Assembly: GCA_964016885.1 (NCBI GenBank)
Contig: OZ024744.1
Location: 113,646,001-113,710,000 of the forward strand
Direction of reading: 5' to 3'
Length of the DNA stretch: 64,000 nucleotides
Origin: Eledone cirrhosa
Taxonomy: Eukaryota
The notes beneath the pieces were generated by a model, which worked only from the letters and a program-made list of their open reading frames with translations, searched no databases and was not told where the DNA came from. Below are positions 42,401 through 60,400 of this stretch, in pieces. The translations under genes and the position numbers were made by a program. Each line of letters opens with the position of its first letter. Within the stretch, counting starts at the first letter, position 1.

Positions 42401-45400
42401 GTAACATTGTCATCACGATCAACAGTAACAACATTGTCATCACCATCAACAGTAGTAACATTGTGTTAACCATCAACAGTAACAACATTGTCATCACCAT
42501 CAACAGTAGTAACATTGTCATCACCATCAACAGTAGTAACATTGTCATCACCATCAACAGTAACAACATTGTCATCACCATCAACAGTAACAACATTGTC
42601 ATCACCATCAACAGTAGTAACATTGTCATCACCATCAACAATAGTAACAATGTCATCACCATCAACAGTAACAACATTGTCATCAACAGTAACAACATTG
42701 TCATCACCATCAACAGTAGTAACATTGTCATCACCATCAACAGTAACAACACTGTCATCACCACCAACAGTAATAACACTGTCATCACCATCAACAGTAG
42801 TAACACTATCATCACCATCAACAGTAACAACATTGTCATCACCATCAACAGTAACAACATTGTCATCACCATCAACAGTAACAACATTGTCATCACCATC
42901 AACAGTAACAACATTGTCATCACCATCAACAGTAGTAACATTGTCATCACCATCAACAGTAGTAACATTGTCATCACCATCAACAGTAGTAACATTGTCA
43001 TCACCATCAACACTAACAACATTGTCATCACCATCAACAGTACCCACATTGTCATCACCATCAACAGTAACAACATTGTCATCACCATCAACAGTAACAA
43101 CATTGTCATCACCATCAACAGTAGTAACATTGTCATCACCATCAACAGTAGTAACACTGTCATCACCATCAACAGTAGTAACATTGTCATCACTATCAAC
43201 AGTAGAAACATTGTCATCACCATCAACAGTAACAACATTGTCATCACCATCAACAGTACCCACATTGTCATCACCATCAACAGTACCAACATTGTCATCA
43301 CCATCAACAGTAACAACACTGTTATCACCACCAACAGTAACAACATTGTCATCACTATCAACAGTAGAAACATTGTCATCACCATCAACAGTAACAACAT
43401 TGTGATCACCATCAACAGTAACAACACTGTCATCACCATCAACAGTAACAACATTGTCATCACCATCAACAGTAACAACATTGTCATCACCATCAACAGT
43501 AGTAACACTGTCATCACCATCAACAGTAGTAACATTGTCATCACCATCTACAGTAACAACATTGTCATCACCATCAACAGTAACAACATTGTCAGCACCA
43601 TCAACAGTAGTAACATTGTCATCACCATCAACAGTAGTAGCATTGTCATCACCATCAACAGGAACAACACTGTCATCACCATCAAAAGTAGTAACATTGT
43701 CATCACAATCAACAGTAACAACACTGTCATCACCATCAACAGTAGTAACATTGTCATCACCATCAACAGTAACAACACTGTCATCACCATCAACAGTAAC
43801 AACATTGTCATCACCATCAACAGTAACAACATTGTCATCACCATCAACAGTAACAACATTGTCATCACCATCAACAGTAGTAACATTGTCATCACAATCA
43901 ACAGTAACAACATTGTCATCACCATCAACAGTAACAACATTGTCATCACCATCAACAGTAGTAACATTGTCATCACCATCAACAGTAGTAACACCGTCAT
44001 CACCATCAACAGTAACAACATTGTCATCACCATCAACAGTAACAACATTGTCATCACCATCAACAGTAACAACATTGTCATCACCATCAACAGTAACAAC
44101 ATTGTCATCACCATCAACAGTAACAACATTGTCATCACCATCAACAGTAACAACATTGTCATCACCATCAACAGTAGTAACATTGTCATCACAATCAACA
44201 GTAACAACATTGTCATCACCATCAACAGTAACAACATTGTCATCACCATCAACAGTAGTAACATTGTCATCACCATCAACAGTAGTAACACCGTCATCAC
44301 CATCAACAGTAACAACACTGTCATCACCATCAACAGTAACAACATTGTCATCAAAATCAACAGTAACAACATTGTCATCACCATCAACAGTAACAACATT
44401 GTCATCACTATCAACAGTAGAAACATTGTCATCACCATCAACAGTAGTAACATTGTCATCACCATCAACAGTAACAACATTGTCATCACCATCAACAATA
44501 GTAACAGTGTCATCACCATCAACAGTAGTAACATTGTCATCACCATCAACAGTACTAACATTGTCATCACCATCAATAGTAACAACACTGTCATCACAAT
44601 CAACAGTAACAACATTGTCATCACCATCAACAGTAACAACATTGTCATCACCATCAACAGTCATAACATTGTCATCACCATCAACAGTAACAACATTGTC
44701 ATCACCATCAACAGTAACAACATTGTCATCACCATCAACAGTAACACCATTGTCATCACCATCAACAGCAGTAACATTGTCATCACCATCAACAGTAGTA
44801 ACACTGCCATCACCATCAACAGTAACAACATTGTCATCACCATCAACAGTAACAACATTGTCATCACCATCAACAGTAGTAACATTGTCATCACCATCAA
44901 CAGTAGTAACATTGTCATCACCTTCAACAGTAACAACATTGTCATCACTATCAACAGTAGTAACATTGTCATCACCATCAACAGTAACAACACTGTCATC
45001 ACCATCAACATTAGTAACATTCTCATCACCATCAACAATAGTAACACTGTCATCACCATCAACAGTAGTAACATTGTCATCACCATCAACAGTAACAACA
45101 TTGTTATCACCATCAACAGTAGTAACATTGTCATCACCATCAACAGTAACAACACTGTCATCACCATCAACAGTAACAACATTGTCATCACCATCAACAG
45201 TAACAATATTGTCATCACCATCAACAGTAACAACATTGTCATCAACATCAACAGTAACATTGTCATCACCATCAACAGTAACAACATTGTCATCACCATC
45301 AACAGTAACAACATTGTCATCACCATCAACAGTAGTAACATTGTCATCACCATCAACAGTAGTAACACTGCCATCACCATCAACAGTAACAACATTGTCA

Positions 45401-48400
45401 TCACCATCAACAGTAACAACATTGTCATCACCATCAACAGTAGTAACATTGTCATCACCATCAACAGTAGTAACATTGTCATCACCTTCAACAGTAACAA
45501 CATTGTCATCACTATCAACATTAGTAACATTGTCATCACCATCAACAGTAACAACACTGTCATCACCATCAACATTAGTAACATTGTCATCACCATCAAC
45601 AATAGTAACACTGTCATCACCATCAACAGTAGTAACATTGTCATCACCATCAACAGTAACAACATTGTTATAACCATCAACAGTAGTAACATTGTCATCA
45701 CCATCAACAGTAACAACACTGTCATCACCATCAACAGTAACAACATTGTCATCACCATCAACAGTAACAATATTGTCATCACCATCAACAGTAACAACAT
45801 TGTCATCAACATCAACAGTAACATTGACATCACCATCAACAGTAGTAACACTGCCATCACCATCAACAGTAACAACATTGTCATCACCATCAACAGTAAC
45901 AACATTGTCATCACTATCAACATTAGTAACATTGTCATCACCATCAACAGTAGTAACAAAATCATCACCATCAACAGTAGTAACACTGTCATGACCATCA
46001 ACAGTAACAACACTGTCATGACCATCAACAGAAGTAACATTGTCATCACCATCAACAGTAACAACACTGTTATCACCATCAACAGTAGTAACATTGTCAT
46101 CACCATCAACAGTAACAACACTGTCATCACCATCAACAGTAACAACATTGTCATCACCATCAACAGTAACAATATTGTCATCACCATCAACAGTAACAAC
46201 ATTGTCATCAACATCAACAGTAACATTGTCATCACCATCAACAGTAACAACATTGTCATCACCATCAACAGTAACAACATTGTCATCACCATCAACAGTA
46301 GTAACATTGTCATCACCATCAACAGTAACAACATTGTCATCACCATCAACAGTAGTAACATTGCGTTAACCATCAACAGTAGTAACATTGTCATCACCAT
46401 CAACAGTAACAACATTGTCATCACCATCAACAGTAACAACATTGTCATCACCATCAACAGTAGTAACATTGTCATAACCATCAACAGTAGTAACATTGTC
46501 ATCACCATCAACAGTAACAACATTGTCATCACCATCAACAGTAGTAACATTGTCATCACCATCAACAGTAGTAACACCGTCATCACCATCAACAGTAACA
46601 ACACTGTCATCACCATCAACCGTAACAACATTGTCATCACCATCAACAGTAACAACACTGTCATCACTATCAACAGCAGTAACACTATCATCACCATCAA
46701 CAGTAGTAACATTGTCATCACCATCAACAGTACTAACATTGTCATCACCATCAACAGTAACAACACTCTCATCACCATCAACAGTAACAACATTGTCATC
46801 ACCATCAACAGTAACAACATTGTCATCACCATCAACGGTAACAACATTGTCATCAACATCAACAGTAGTAACCTTGTCATCACCATCAACAGTAGTAACA
46901 TTGTCATCACCATCAACAGTAATAACATTGTCATCACCATCAACAGTAACAACATTGTCATCACCATCAACAGTAACAACATTGTCATCACCATCAACAG
47001 TAACAACACTGTCATCACCATCAACAATAACAACATTGTCATCACCATCAACAATAACAACATTGTCATCACCATCAACAGTAGTAACATTGTCATCACC
47101 ATCAACAGTAACAACATTGTCAACACCATCAACAGTAGTAACATTGTGTTAACCATCAACAGTAACAACACTGTCATCACTATCAACAGTACCAACATTG
47201 TCATCACCATCAACAGTAACAACACTGTCATCACCATCAACAGTAGTAACAGTCATCACCATCAACAGTAACAACATTGTCATCACCATCAACAGTACTA
47301 ACATTGTCATCACCATCAACAGTAACAACATTGTCATCACCATCAACAGTAACAACATTGTCATCGCCATCAACAGTAACAACACTGTCATCACCATCAA
47401 CAGTAATAATATTGTCATCACCATCAACAGTAATATTGTGATCACCATCAACAGTAGTAACATTGTCATCACCATCAACAGTAACAACACTGTCATCACC
47501 ATCAACAGTAACAACATTGTTATCACCATCAACAGTACTAACATTGTCATCACCATCAACAGTAACAACACTGTCATCACCATCAACAGTAACAACATTG
47601 TCATCACCATCAACAGTAACAACACTGTCATCACCATCAACAGTAACAACACTGTCATCACCATCAATCGTAACAACACTGTCATCACCATCAACAGTAA
47701 CAACATTGTCATCACCATCAACATTAACAACATTGTCATCACCATCAACAGTAACAACATTGTCATCACCATCAACAGTAACAACATTGTCATCACCATC
47801 AACAGTAACAACATTGTCATCACCATCAACAGTAACAACATTCTCATCACCATCAACAGTAACAACATTGTCATCACCATCAACAGTAACAACATTGTCA
47901 TCATCATCAACAGTAGTAACATTGTCATCATCATCAACAGTAGTAACATTGTCATCACCATCAACAGTAGTAACATTGTCATCACCTTCAACAGTAACAA
48001 CATTGTCATCACTATCAACATTAGTAACATTGTCATCACCATCAACAGTAACAACACTGTCATCACCATCAACATTAGTAACATTGTCATCACCATCAAC
48101 AATAGTAACACTGTCATCACCATCAACAGTAGTAACATTGTCATCACCATCAACAGTAACAACATTGTTTTCACCATCAACAGTAACAACATTGTCATCA
48201 CCATCAACAGTAGTAACACTGTCATGACCATCAACAGTAACAACACTGTCATCACCATCAACAGAAGTAACATTGTCATCACCATCAACAGTAACAACAC
48301 TGTTATCACCATCAACAGTAGTAACATTGTCATCACCATCAGCAGTAACAACACTGTCATCACCATCAACAGTAACAACATTGTCATCACCATCAACAGT

Positions 48401-51400
48401 AACAATATTGTCATCACCATCAACAGTAACAACATTGTCATCAACATCAACAGTAACATTGTCATCACCATCAACAGTAACAACATTGTCATCACCATCA
48501 ACAGTAACAACATTGTCATCACCATCAACAGTAGTAACATTGTCATCACCATCAACAGTAACAACATTGTCATCACCATCAACAGTAGTAACATTGTGTT
48601 AACCATCAACAGTAGTAACATTGTCATCACCATCAACAGTAACAACATTGTCATCAACAGTAACAACATTGTCATCACCATCAACAGTAGTAACATTGTC
48701 ATCACCATCAACAGTACTAACATTGTCATCACCATCAACAGTAACAACATTGTCATCACCATCAACAGTAACAACATTGTCATCACCATCAACAGTAGTA
48801 ACATTGTGTTAACCATCAACAGTAGTAACATTGTCATCACCATCAACAGTAACAACATTGTCATCAACAGCAGTAACACTATCATCACCATCAACAGTAG
48901 TAACATTGTCATCACCATCAACAGTACTAACATTGTCATCACCATCAACAGTAACAACACTGTCATCACCATCAACAGTAACAACATTGTCATCACCATC
49001 AACAGTAACAACATTGTCATCACCATCAACGGTAACAACATTGTCATCAACATCAACAGTAGTAACCTTGTCATCACCATCAACAGTAGTAACATTGTCA
49101 TCACCATCAACAGTAATAACATTGTCATCACCATCAACAGTAACAACATTGTCATCACCATCAACAGTAACAACATTGTCATCACCATCAACAGTAACAA
49201 CACTGTCATCACCATCAACAATAACAACATTGTCATCACCATCAACAATAACAACATTGTCATCACCATCAACAGTAACAACATTGTCATCACCATCAAC
49301 AGTAGTAACATTGTCATCACCATCAACAGTAACAACATTGTCAACACCATCAACAGTAGTAACATTGTGTTAACCATCAACAGTAACAACACTGTCATCA
49401 CCATCAACAGTACCAACATTGTCATCACCATCAACAGTAACAACACTGTCATCACCATCAACAGTAGTAACAGTCATCACCATCAACAGTAACAACATTG
49501 TCATCACCATCAACAGTACTAACATTGTCATCACCATCAACAGTAGTAACACTGCCGTCACCATTAACAGTAACAACATTGTCATCGCCATCAACAGTAA
49601 CAACACTGTCATCACCATCAACAGTAATAATATTGTCATCACCAACAACAGTAATATTGTGATCACCATCAACAGTAGTAACATTGTCATCACCATCAAC
49701 AGTAACAACACTGTCATCACCATCAACAGTAACAACATTGTCATCATCATCAACAGTAACAACACTGTCATCACCATCAACAGTAACAACACTGTCATCA
49801 CCATCAATCGTAACAACACTGTCATCACCATCAACAGTATTAACAATGTCATCAACATCAACAGTAACAACATTGTCATCACCATCAACAGTAGTAACAT
49901 TATCATCACCATCAACAGTAGTAACACTGTCATCACCATCAACAGTAACAACACTGTCATCACCATCAACAGTAGTAACATTGTCATCACCATCAACAGT
50001 AGTAACATTGTCATCACCATCAACAGTAACAACACTGTCATCACCATCAACATTAGTAACATTGTCATCACCATCAACAGTAACAACAGTGTCATCACCA
50101 TCAACAGTAATACTGTCATCACCATCAACAGTAACAACACTGTCATCACCATCAACAGTAACAACACTGTCATCACCATCAACAGTAACAACACTGTCAC
50201 CACCATCAAAGTAACATTGTCATCACCATCAACAGTAACAACACTGTCATCACCATCAACAGTAGTAACACTGTCATCAACATAAAAAGTAGTAACATTG
50301 TCATCACCATCAACAGTAACAACATTGTCATCACCATTAACAGTAACAACATTGTCATCACCATCAACAGTAGTAACATTATCATCACCATCAACAGTAA
50401 AAACATTGTCATCACCATCAACAGTACCAACATTGTCATCACCATCAACAGTAACAACATTGTCATCACCATCAACAGTAACAACATTGTCATCACCATC
50501 GACAGTAGTAACATTGTCATCACCATCAACAGTAGTAACATTGTCATCACCATCAACAGTAACAACATTGTCATCACCATCAACAGTAACAACATTGTCA
50601 TCACCATCAACAGTAACAACATTGTCATCACCATCAACAGTAACAACATTGTCATCACCATCAACAGTAACAACATTGTCATCACCATCAACAGTAGTAA
50701 CATTGTCATCACCATCAACAGTATTAACAATGTCATCACCATCAACAGTAACAACATTGTCATCACCATCAACAGTAACATTATCATCACCATCAACAGT
50801 AGTAACATTGTCATCACCATCAACAGTAACAACACTGTCATCACCATCAACATTAGTAACATTGTCATCACCATCAACAGTAACAACACTGTCATCACCA
50901 TCAACAGTAACAACATTGTCATCACCATTAACAGTAACAACATTGTCATCACCATCAACAGTAGTAACATTATCATCACCATCAACCGTAACAACACTGT
51001 CATCACCATCAACAGTAACAACATTGTCATCATCATCAACAGTAACAACATTGTCATCACCATCAACAGTAACAACATTGTCATCACCATCAACAGTAAC
51101 AACATTGTCATCACCATCAACAGTAGTAACATTATCATCACCATCAACAGTAGTAACACTGTCATCACCATCAACAGTAACAACATTCTCATCACCATCA
51201 ACAGTAACAACATTGTCATCACCATCAACAGTAGTAACATTGTCATCACCATCAACAGTATTAACAATGTCATCAACATCAACAGTAACAACATTGTCAT
51301 CACCATCAACAGTAGTAACATTATCATCACCATCAACAGTAGTAACACTGTCATCACCATCAACAGTAACAACACTGTCATCACCATCAGCAGTAGTAAC

Positions 51401-54400
51401 ATTGTCATCACCATCAACAGTAACAACACTGTCATCACCATCAACAGTAGTAACATTGTCATCACCATCAACAGTAACAACACTGTCATCACCATCAACA
51501 GTAACAACACTGTCATCACCATCAACAGTAACAACACTGTCACCACCATCAAAGTAACAACATTGTCATCACCATCAACAGTAACAACACTGTCATCACC
51601 ATCAACAGTAGTAACACTGTCATCAACATAAAAAGTAGTAACATTGTCATCACCATCAACAGTAACAACATTGTCATCACCATTAACAGTAACAACATTG
51701 TCATCACCATCAACAGTAGTAACATTATCATCACCATCAACAGTAACAACATTGTCATCACCATCAACAGTACCAACATTGTCATCACCATCAACAGTAA
51801 CAACATTGTCATCACCATCAACAGTAACAACATTGTCATCACCATCAACAGTAGTAACATTGTCATCACCATCAACAGTAGTAACATTGTCATCACCATC
51901 AACAGTAACAACATTGTCATCACCATCAACAGTAACAACATTGTCATCACCATCAACAGTAACAACATTGTCATCACCATCAACAGTAACAACATTGTCA
52001 TCTCTATCAACAGTAACAACATTGTCATCACCATCAACAGTAACAACATTGTCATCACCATCAACAGTAACAACATTGTCATCACCATCAACAGTAGTAA
52101 CATTGTCATCACCATCAACAGTATTAACAATGTCATCACCATCAACAGTAACAACATTGTCATCACCATCAACAGTAGTAACATTATCATCACCATCAAC
52201 AGTAGTAACATTGTCATCACCATCAACAGTATTAACAATGTCATCACCATCAACAGTATTAACAATGTCATCACCATCAACAGTAACAACATTGTCATCA
52301 CCATCAACAGTAACATTATCATCACCATCAACAGTAGTAACATTGTCATCACCATCAACAGTAACAACACTGTCATCACCATCAACATTAGTAACATTGT
52401 CATCACCATCAACAGTAACAACAGTGTCATCACCATCAACAGTAACAACACTGTCATCACCATCAACAGTAACAACATTGTCATCACCATTAACAGTAAC
52501 AACATTGTCATCACCATCAACAGTAGTAACATTATCATCACCATCAACAGTAACAACATTGTCATCACCATCAACAGTACGAACATTGTCATCACCATCA
52601 ACAGTAACAACATTGTCAACACCATCAACAGTAACAACATTGTCATCACCATCAACAGTAGTAACATTGTCATCACCATCAACAGTAGTAACATTGTCAT
52701 CACCATCAACAGTAACAACATTGTCATCACCATCAACAGTAACAACATTGTCATCACCATCAACAGTAACAACATTGTCATCACCATCAACAGTAGTAAC
52801 ATCGTCATAACCATCAACAGTAGTAACATTGTCATCACCATCAACAGTAACAACATTGTCATCACCATCAACAGTAGTAACATTGTCATCAGCATCAACA
52901 GTAGTAACACCGTCATCACCATCAACAGTAACAACACTGTCATCACCATCAACCGTAACAACATTGTCATCACCATCAACAGTAACAACACTGTCATCAC
53001 TATCAACAGCAGTAACACTATCATCACCATCAACAGTAGTAACATTGTCATCACCATCAACAGTACTAACATTGTCATCACCATCAACAGTAACAACACT
53101 GTCATCACCATCAACAGTAACAACATTGTCATCACCATCAACAGTAACAACATTGTCATCACCATCAACGGTAACAACATTGTCATCAACATCAACAGTA
53201 GTAACCTTGTCATCACCATCAACAGTAGTAACATTGTCATCACCATCAACAGTAATAACATTGTCATCACCATCAACAGTAACAACATTGTCATCACCAT
53301 CAACAGTAACAACATTGTCATCACCATCAACAGTAACAACATTGTCATCACCATCAACAGTAACAACACTGTCATCACCATCAACAATAACAACATTGTC
53401 ATCACCATCAACAGTAACAATATTGTCATCACCATCAACAGTAGTAACATTGTCATCACCATCAACAGTAACAAAATTATCAACACCATCAACAGTAGTA
53501 ACATTGTGTTAACCATCAACAGTAACAACATTGTCATCACCATCAACAGTAGTAACATTGTCATCACCATCAACAGTAACAACACTGTCATCACCATCAA
53601 CAGTAACAACATTGTCATCACCATCAACAACACTGTCATCACCATCAACAGTAGTAACATTGTCATCACCATCAACAGTAATAACATTGTCATCACCATC
53701 AACAGTAGTAACACTGTCATCACCATCAACAGTAACAACATTGTCATCACCATCAACAATAGTAACATTGTCATCACCATCAACATTAACAACACTCATC
53801 ACCATCAACAGTAACAACATTGTCATCACCATCAACAGTAGTAACATTGTCATGACCATCAACAGTAATAACATTGTCATCACCATCAACAGTAGTAACA
53901 TTGTCATCACCATCAACAGTAACAACACTGTCATCACCATCAACAGTAACAACATTGTCATCACCATCAACAACACTGTCATCACCATCAACAGTAGTAA
54001 CATTGTCATCACCATCAACAGTAATAACATTGTCATCACCATCAACAGTAGTAACACTGTCATCACCATCAACAGTAACAACATTGTCATCACCATCAAC
54101 AGTAGTAACATTGTCATCACCATCAACAGTAACAACATTGTCATCACCATCAACAGTAACAACACTGTCATCACCATCAACAGTAACAACACTCATCACA
54201 TTCAACCGTAACAACATTCTCATCACCATCAACCGTAACAACATTCTCATCACCATTAACAGTAACAACATTGTCATCACCATCAACAGTAACAACATTG
54301 TCATCACCATCAACAGTAACAACACTGTCATCACCATCAACAGTAACAATATTGTCATCACCATCAACAGTAACATTGTCATCACCATCAACAGTACTAA

Positions 54401-57400
54401 CATTGTCATCACCATCAACAGTAACAACACTGTCATCACCATCAACAGTAACAACATTGTCATCACCATCAACAGTAACAACACTGTCATCACCATCAAC
54501 AGTAACAACACTGTCATCACCATCAACCGTAACAACACTGTCATCACCATCAACAGTAACAACATTGTCATCATCATCAACAGTAACAACATTGTCATCA
54601 CCATCAACAGTAACAACATTGTCATCACCATCAACAGTAACAACATTGTCATCACCATCAACAGTAGTAACATTATCATCACCATCAACAGTAGTAACAC
54701 TGTCATCACCATCAACAGTAACAACATTCTCATCACCATCAACAGTAACAACATTGTCATCACCATCAACAGTAGTAACATTGTCATCACCATCAACAGT
54801 ATTAACAATGTCATCACCATCAACAGTAACAACATTGTCATCACCATCAACAGTAACATTATCATCACCATCAACAGTAGTAACATTGTCATCACCATCA
54901 ACAGTAACAACACTGTCATCACCATCAACATTAGTAACATTGTCATCACCATCAACAGTAACAACAGTGTCATCACCATCAACAGTAACAACACTGTCAT
55001 CACCATCAACAGTAACAACATTGTCATCACCATTAACAGTAACAACATTGTCATCACCATCAACAGTAGTAACATTATCATCACCATCAACAGTAACAAC
55101 ATTGTCATCACCATCAACAGTACGAACATTGTCATCACCATCAACAGTAACAACATTGTCAACACCATCAACAGTAACAACATTGTCATCACCATCAACA
55201 GTAGTAACATTGTCATCACCATCAACAGTAGTAACATTGTCATCACCATCAACAGTAACAACATTGTCATCACCATCAACAGTAACAACATTGTCATCAC
55301 CATCAACAGTAACAACATTGTCATCACCATCAACAGTAGTAACATCGTCATAACCATCAACAGTAGTAACATTGTCATCACCATCAACAGTAACAACATT
55401 GTCATCACCATCAACAGTAGTAACATTGTCATCAGCATCAACAGTAGTAACACCGTCATCACCATCAACAGTAACAACACTGTCATCACCATCAACCGTA
55501 ACAACATTGTCATCACCATCAACAGTAACAACACTGTCATCACTATCAACAGCAGTAACACTATCATCACCATCAACAGTAGTAACATTGTCATCACCAT
55601 CAACAGTACTAACATTGTCATCACCATCAACAGTAACAACACTGTCATCACCATCAACAGTAACAACATTGTCATCACCATCAACAGTAACAACATTGTC
55701 ATCACCATCAACGGTAACAACATTGTCATCAACATCAACAGTAGTAACCTTGTCATCACCATCAACAGTAGTAACATTGTCATCACCATCAACAGTAATA
55801 ACATTGTCATCACCATCAACAGTAACAACATTGTCATCACCATCAACAGTAACAACATTGTCATCACCATCAACAGTAACAACATTGTCATCACCATCAA
55901 CAGTAACAACACTGTCATCACCATCAACAATAACAACATTGTCATCACCATCAACAGTAACAATATTGTCATCACCATCAACAGTAGTAACATTGTCATC
56001 ACCATCAACAGTAACAAAATTATCAACACCATCAACAGTAGTAACATTGTGTTAACCATCAACAGTAACAACATTGTCATCACCATCAACAGTAGTAACA
56101 TTGTCATCACCATCAACAGTAACAACACTGTCATCACCATCAACAGTAACAACATTGTCATCACCATCAACAACACTGTCATCACCATCAACAGTAGTAA
56201 CATTGTCATCACCATCAACAGTAATAACATTGTCATCACCATCAACAGTAGTAACACTGTCATCACCATCAACAGTAACAACATTGTCATCACCATCAAC
56301 AATAGTAACATTGTCATCACCATCAACATTAACAACACTCATCACCATCAACAGTAACAACATTGTCATCACCATCAACAGTAGTAACATTGTCATGACC
56401 ATCAACAGTAATAACATTGTCATCACCATCAACAGTAGTAACATTGTCATCACCATCAACAGTAACAACACTGTCATCACCATCAACAGTAACAACATTG
56501 TCATCACCATCAACAACACTGTCATCACCATCAACAGTAGTAACATTGTCATCACCATCAACAGTAATAACATTGTCATCACCATCAACAGTAGTAACAC
56601 TGTCATCACCATCAACAGTAACAACATTGTCATCACCATCAACAGTAGTAACATTGTCATCACCATCAACAGTAACAACATTGTCATCACCATCAACAGT
56701 AACAACACTGTCATCACCATCAACAGTAACAACACTCATCACATTCAACCGTAACAACATTCTCATCACCATCAACCGTAACAACATTCTCATCACCATT
56801 AACAGTAACAACATTGTCATCACCATCAACAGTAACAACATTGTCATCACCATCAACAGTAACAACACTGTCATCACCATCAACAGTAACAATATTGTCA
56901 TCACCATCAACAGTAACATTGTCATCACCATCAACAGTACTAACATTGTCATCACCATCAACAGTAACAACACTGTCATCACCATCAACAGTAACAACAT
57001 TGTCATCACCATCAACAGTAACAACACTGTCATCACCATCAACAGTAACAACACTGTCATCACCATCAACCGTAACAACACTGTCATCACCATCAACAGT
57101 AACAACATTGTCATCATCATCAACAGTAACAACATTGTCATCACCATCAACAGTAACAACATTGTCATCACCATCAACAGTAACAACATTGTCATCACCA
57201 TCAACAGTAGTAACATTATCATCACCATCAACAGTAGTAACACTGTCATCACCATCAACAGTAACAACATTCTCATCACCATCAACAGTAACAACATTGT
57301 CATCACCATCAACAGTAGTAACATTGTCATCACCATCAACAGTATTAACAATGTCATCAACATCAACAGTAACAACATTGTCATCACCATCAACAGTAGT

Positions 57401-60400
57401 AACATTATCATCACCATCAACAGTAGTAACACTGTCATCACCATCAACAGTAACAACACTGTCATCACCATCAGCAGTAGTAACATTGTCATCACCATCA
57501 ACAGTAACAACACTGTCATCACCATCAACAGTAGTAACATTGTCATCACCATCAACAGTAACAACACTGTCATCACCATCAACATTAGTAACATTGTCAT
57601 CACCATCAACAGTATCATCACCATCAACAGTAACAACACTGTCATCACCATCAACAGTAACAACACTGTCATCACCATCAACAGTAACAACACTGTCACC
57701 ACCATCAAAGTAACAACATTGTCATCACCATCAACAGTAACAACACTGTCATCACCATCAACAGTAGTAACACTGTCATCAACATAAAAAGTAGTAACAT
57801 TGTCATCACCATCAACAGTAACAACATTGTCATCACCATTAACAGTAACAACATTGTCATCACCATTAACAGTAACAACATTGTCATCACCATCAACAGT
57901 AGTAACATTATCATCACCATCAACAGTAACAACATTGTCATCACCATCAACAGTACCAACATTGTCATCACCATCAACAGTAACAACATTGTCATCACCA
58001 TCAACAGTAACAACATTGTCATCACCATCAACAGTAACAACATTGTCATCTCTATCAACAGTAACAACATTGTCATCACCATCAACAGTAACAACATTGT
58101 CATCACCATCAACAGTAACAACATTGTCATCACCATCAACAGTAGTAACATTGTCATCACCATCAACAGTATTAACAATGTCATCACCATCAACAGTAAC
58201 AACATTGTCATCACCATCAACAGTAGTAACATTATCATCACCATCAACAGTAGTAACATTGTCATCACCATCAACAGTAACAATACTGTCATCACCATCA
58301 ACATTAGTAACATTGTCATCACCATCAACAGTAACAACAGTGTCAACACCATCAACAGTAACAACACTGTCATCACCATCAACAGTAACAACATTGTCAT
58401 CACCATTAACAGTAACAACATTGTCATCACCATCAACAGTAACAACATTGTCATCACCATCAACAGTAACAACATTGTCATCACCATCAACAGTAACAAC
58501 ATTCTCATCACCATCAACAGTAACAACATTGTCATCACCATCAACAGTAGTAACATTGTCATCACCATCAACAGTATTAACAATGTCATCAACATCAACA
58601 GTAACAACATTGTCATCACCATCAACAGTAGTAACATTATCATCACCATCAACAGTAGTAACACTGTCATCACCATCAACAGTAACAACACTGTCAACAC
58701 CATCAACAGTAGTAACATTGTCATCACCATCAACAGTAACAACACTGTCATCACCATCAACAGTAGTAACATTGTCATCACCATCAACAGTAGTAACATT
58801 GTCATCACCATCAACAGTAACAACAGTCATCACCATCAACATTAGTAACATTGTCATCACCATCAACAGTAACAACAGTATCATCACCATCAACAGTAAC
58901 AACACTGTCATCACCATCAACAGTAACAACACTGTCATCACCATCAACAGTAACAACACTGTCATCACCATCAACAGTAACAACACTGTCACCACCATCA
59001 AAGTAACAACATTGTCATCACCATCAACAGTAACAACATTGTCATCACCATTAACAGTAACAACATTGTCATCACCATCAACAGTAGTAACATTATCATC
59101 ACCATCAACAGTAACAACATTGTCATCACCATCAACAGTACCAACATTGTCATCACCATCAACAGTAACAACATTGTCATCACCATCAACAGTAACAACA
59201 TTGTCATCACCATCAACAGTAGTAACATTGTCATCACCATCAACAGTAGTAACATTGTCATCACCATCAACAGAAACAACATTGTCATCACCATCAACAG
59301 TAACAACATTGTCATCACCATCAACAGTAACAACATTGTCATCACCATCAACAGTAACAACATTGTCATCACCATCAACAGTAACAACATTGTCATCACC
59401 ATCAACAGTAACAACATTGTCATCACCATCAACAGTAGTAACATTGTCATCACCATCAACAGTATTAACAATGTCATCACCATCAACAGTAACAACATTG
59501 TCATCACCATCAACAGTAGTAACATTATCATCACCATCAACAGTAGTAACATTGTCATCACCATCAACAGTAACAATACTGTCATCACCATCAACATTAG
59601 TAACATTGTCATCACCATCAACAGTAACAACAGTGTCATCACCATCAACAGTAACAACACTGTCATCACCATCAACAGTAACAACATTGTCATCACCATT
59701 AACAGTAACAACATGTCATCACCATCAACAGTAGTAACATTATCATCACCATCAACAGTAACAACATTGTCATCACCATCAACAGTACCAACATTGTCAT
59801 CACCATCAACAGTAACAACATTGTCATCACCATCAACAGTAACAACATTGTCATCACCATCAACAGTAGTAACATTGTCATCACCATCAACAGTAGTAAC
59901 ATTGTCATCACCATCAACAGTAACAACATTGTCATCACCATCAACAGTAACAACATTGTCATCACCATCAACAGTAACAACATTGTCATCACCATCAACA
60001 GTAGTAACATTGTCATCACCATCAACAGTAGTAACGTTGTCATCACCATCAACAGTAACAACATTGTCATCACCATCAACAGTAGTAACATTGTCATCAG
60101 CATCAACAGTAGTAACACCGTCATCACCATCAACAGTAACAACACTGTCATCACCATCAACCGTAACAACATTGTCATCACCATCAACAGTAACAACACT
60201 GTCATCACTATCAACAGCAGTAACACTATCATCACCATCAACAGTAGTAACATTGTCATCACCATCAACAGTACTAACATTGTCATCACCATCAACAGTA
60301 ACAACACTGTCATCACCATCAACAGTAACAACATTGTCATCACCATCAACAGTAACAACATTGTCATCACCATCAACGGTAACAACATTGTCATCAACAT

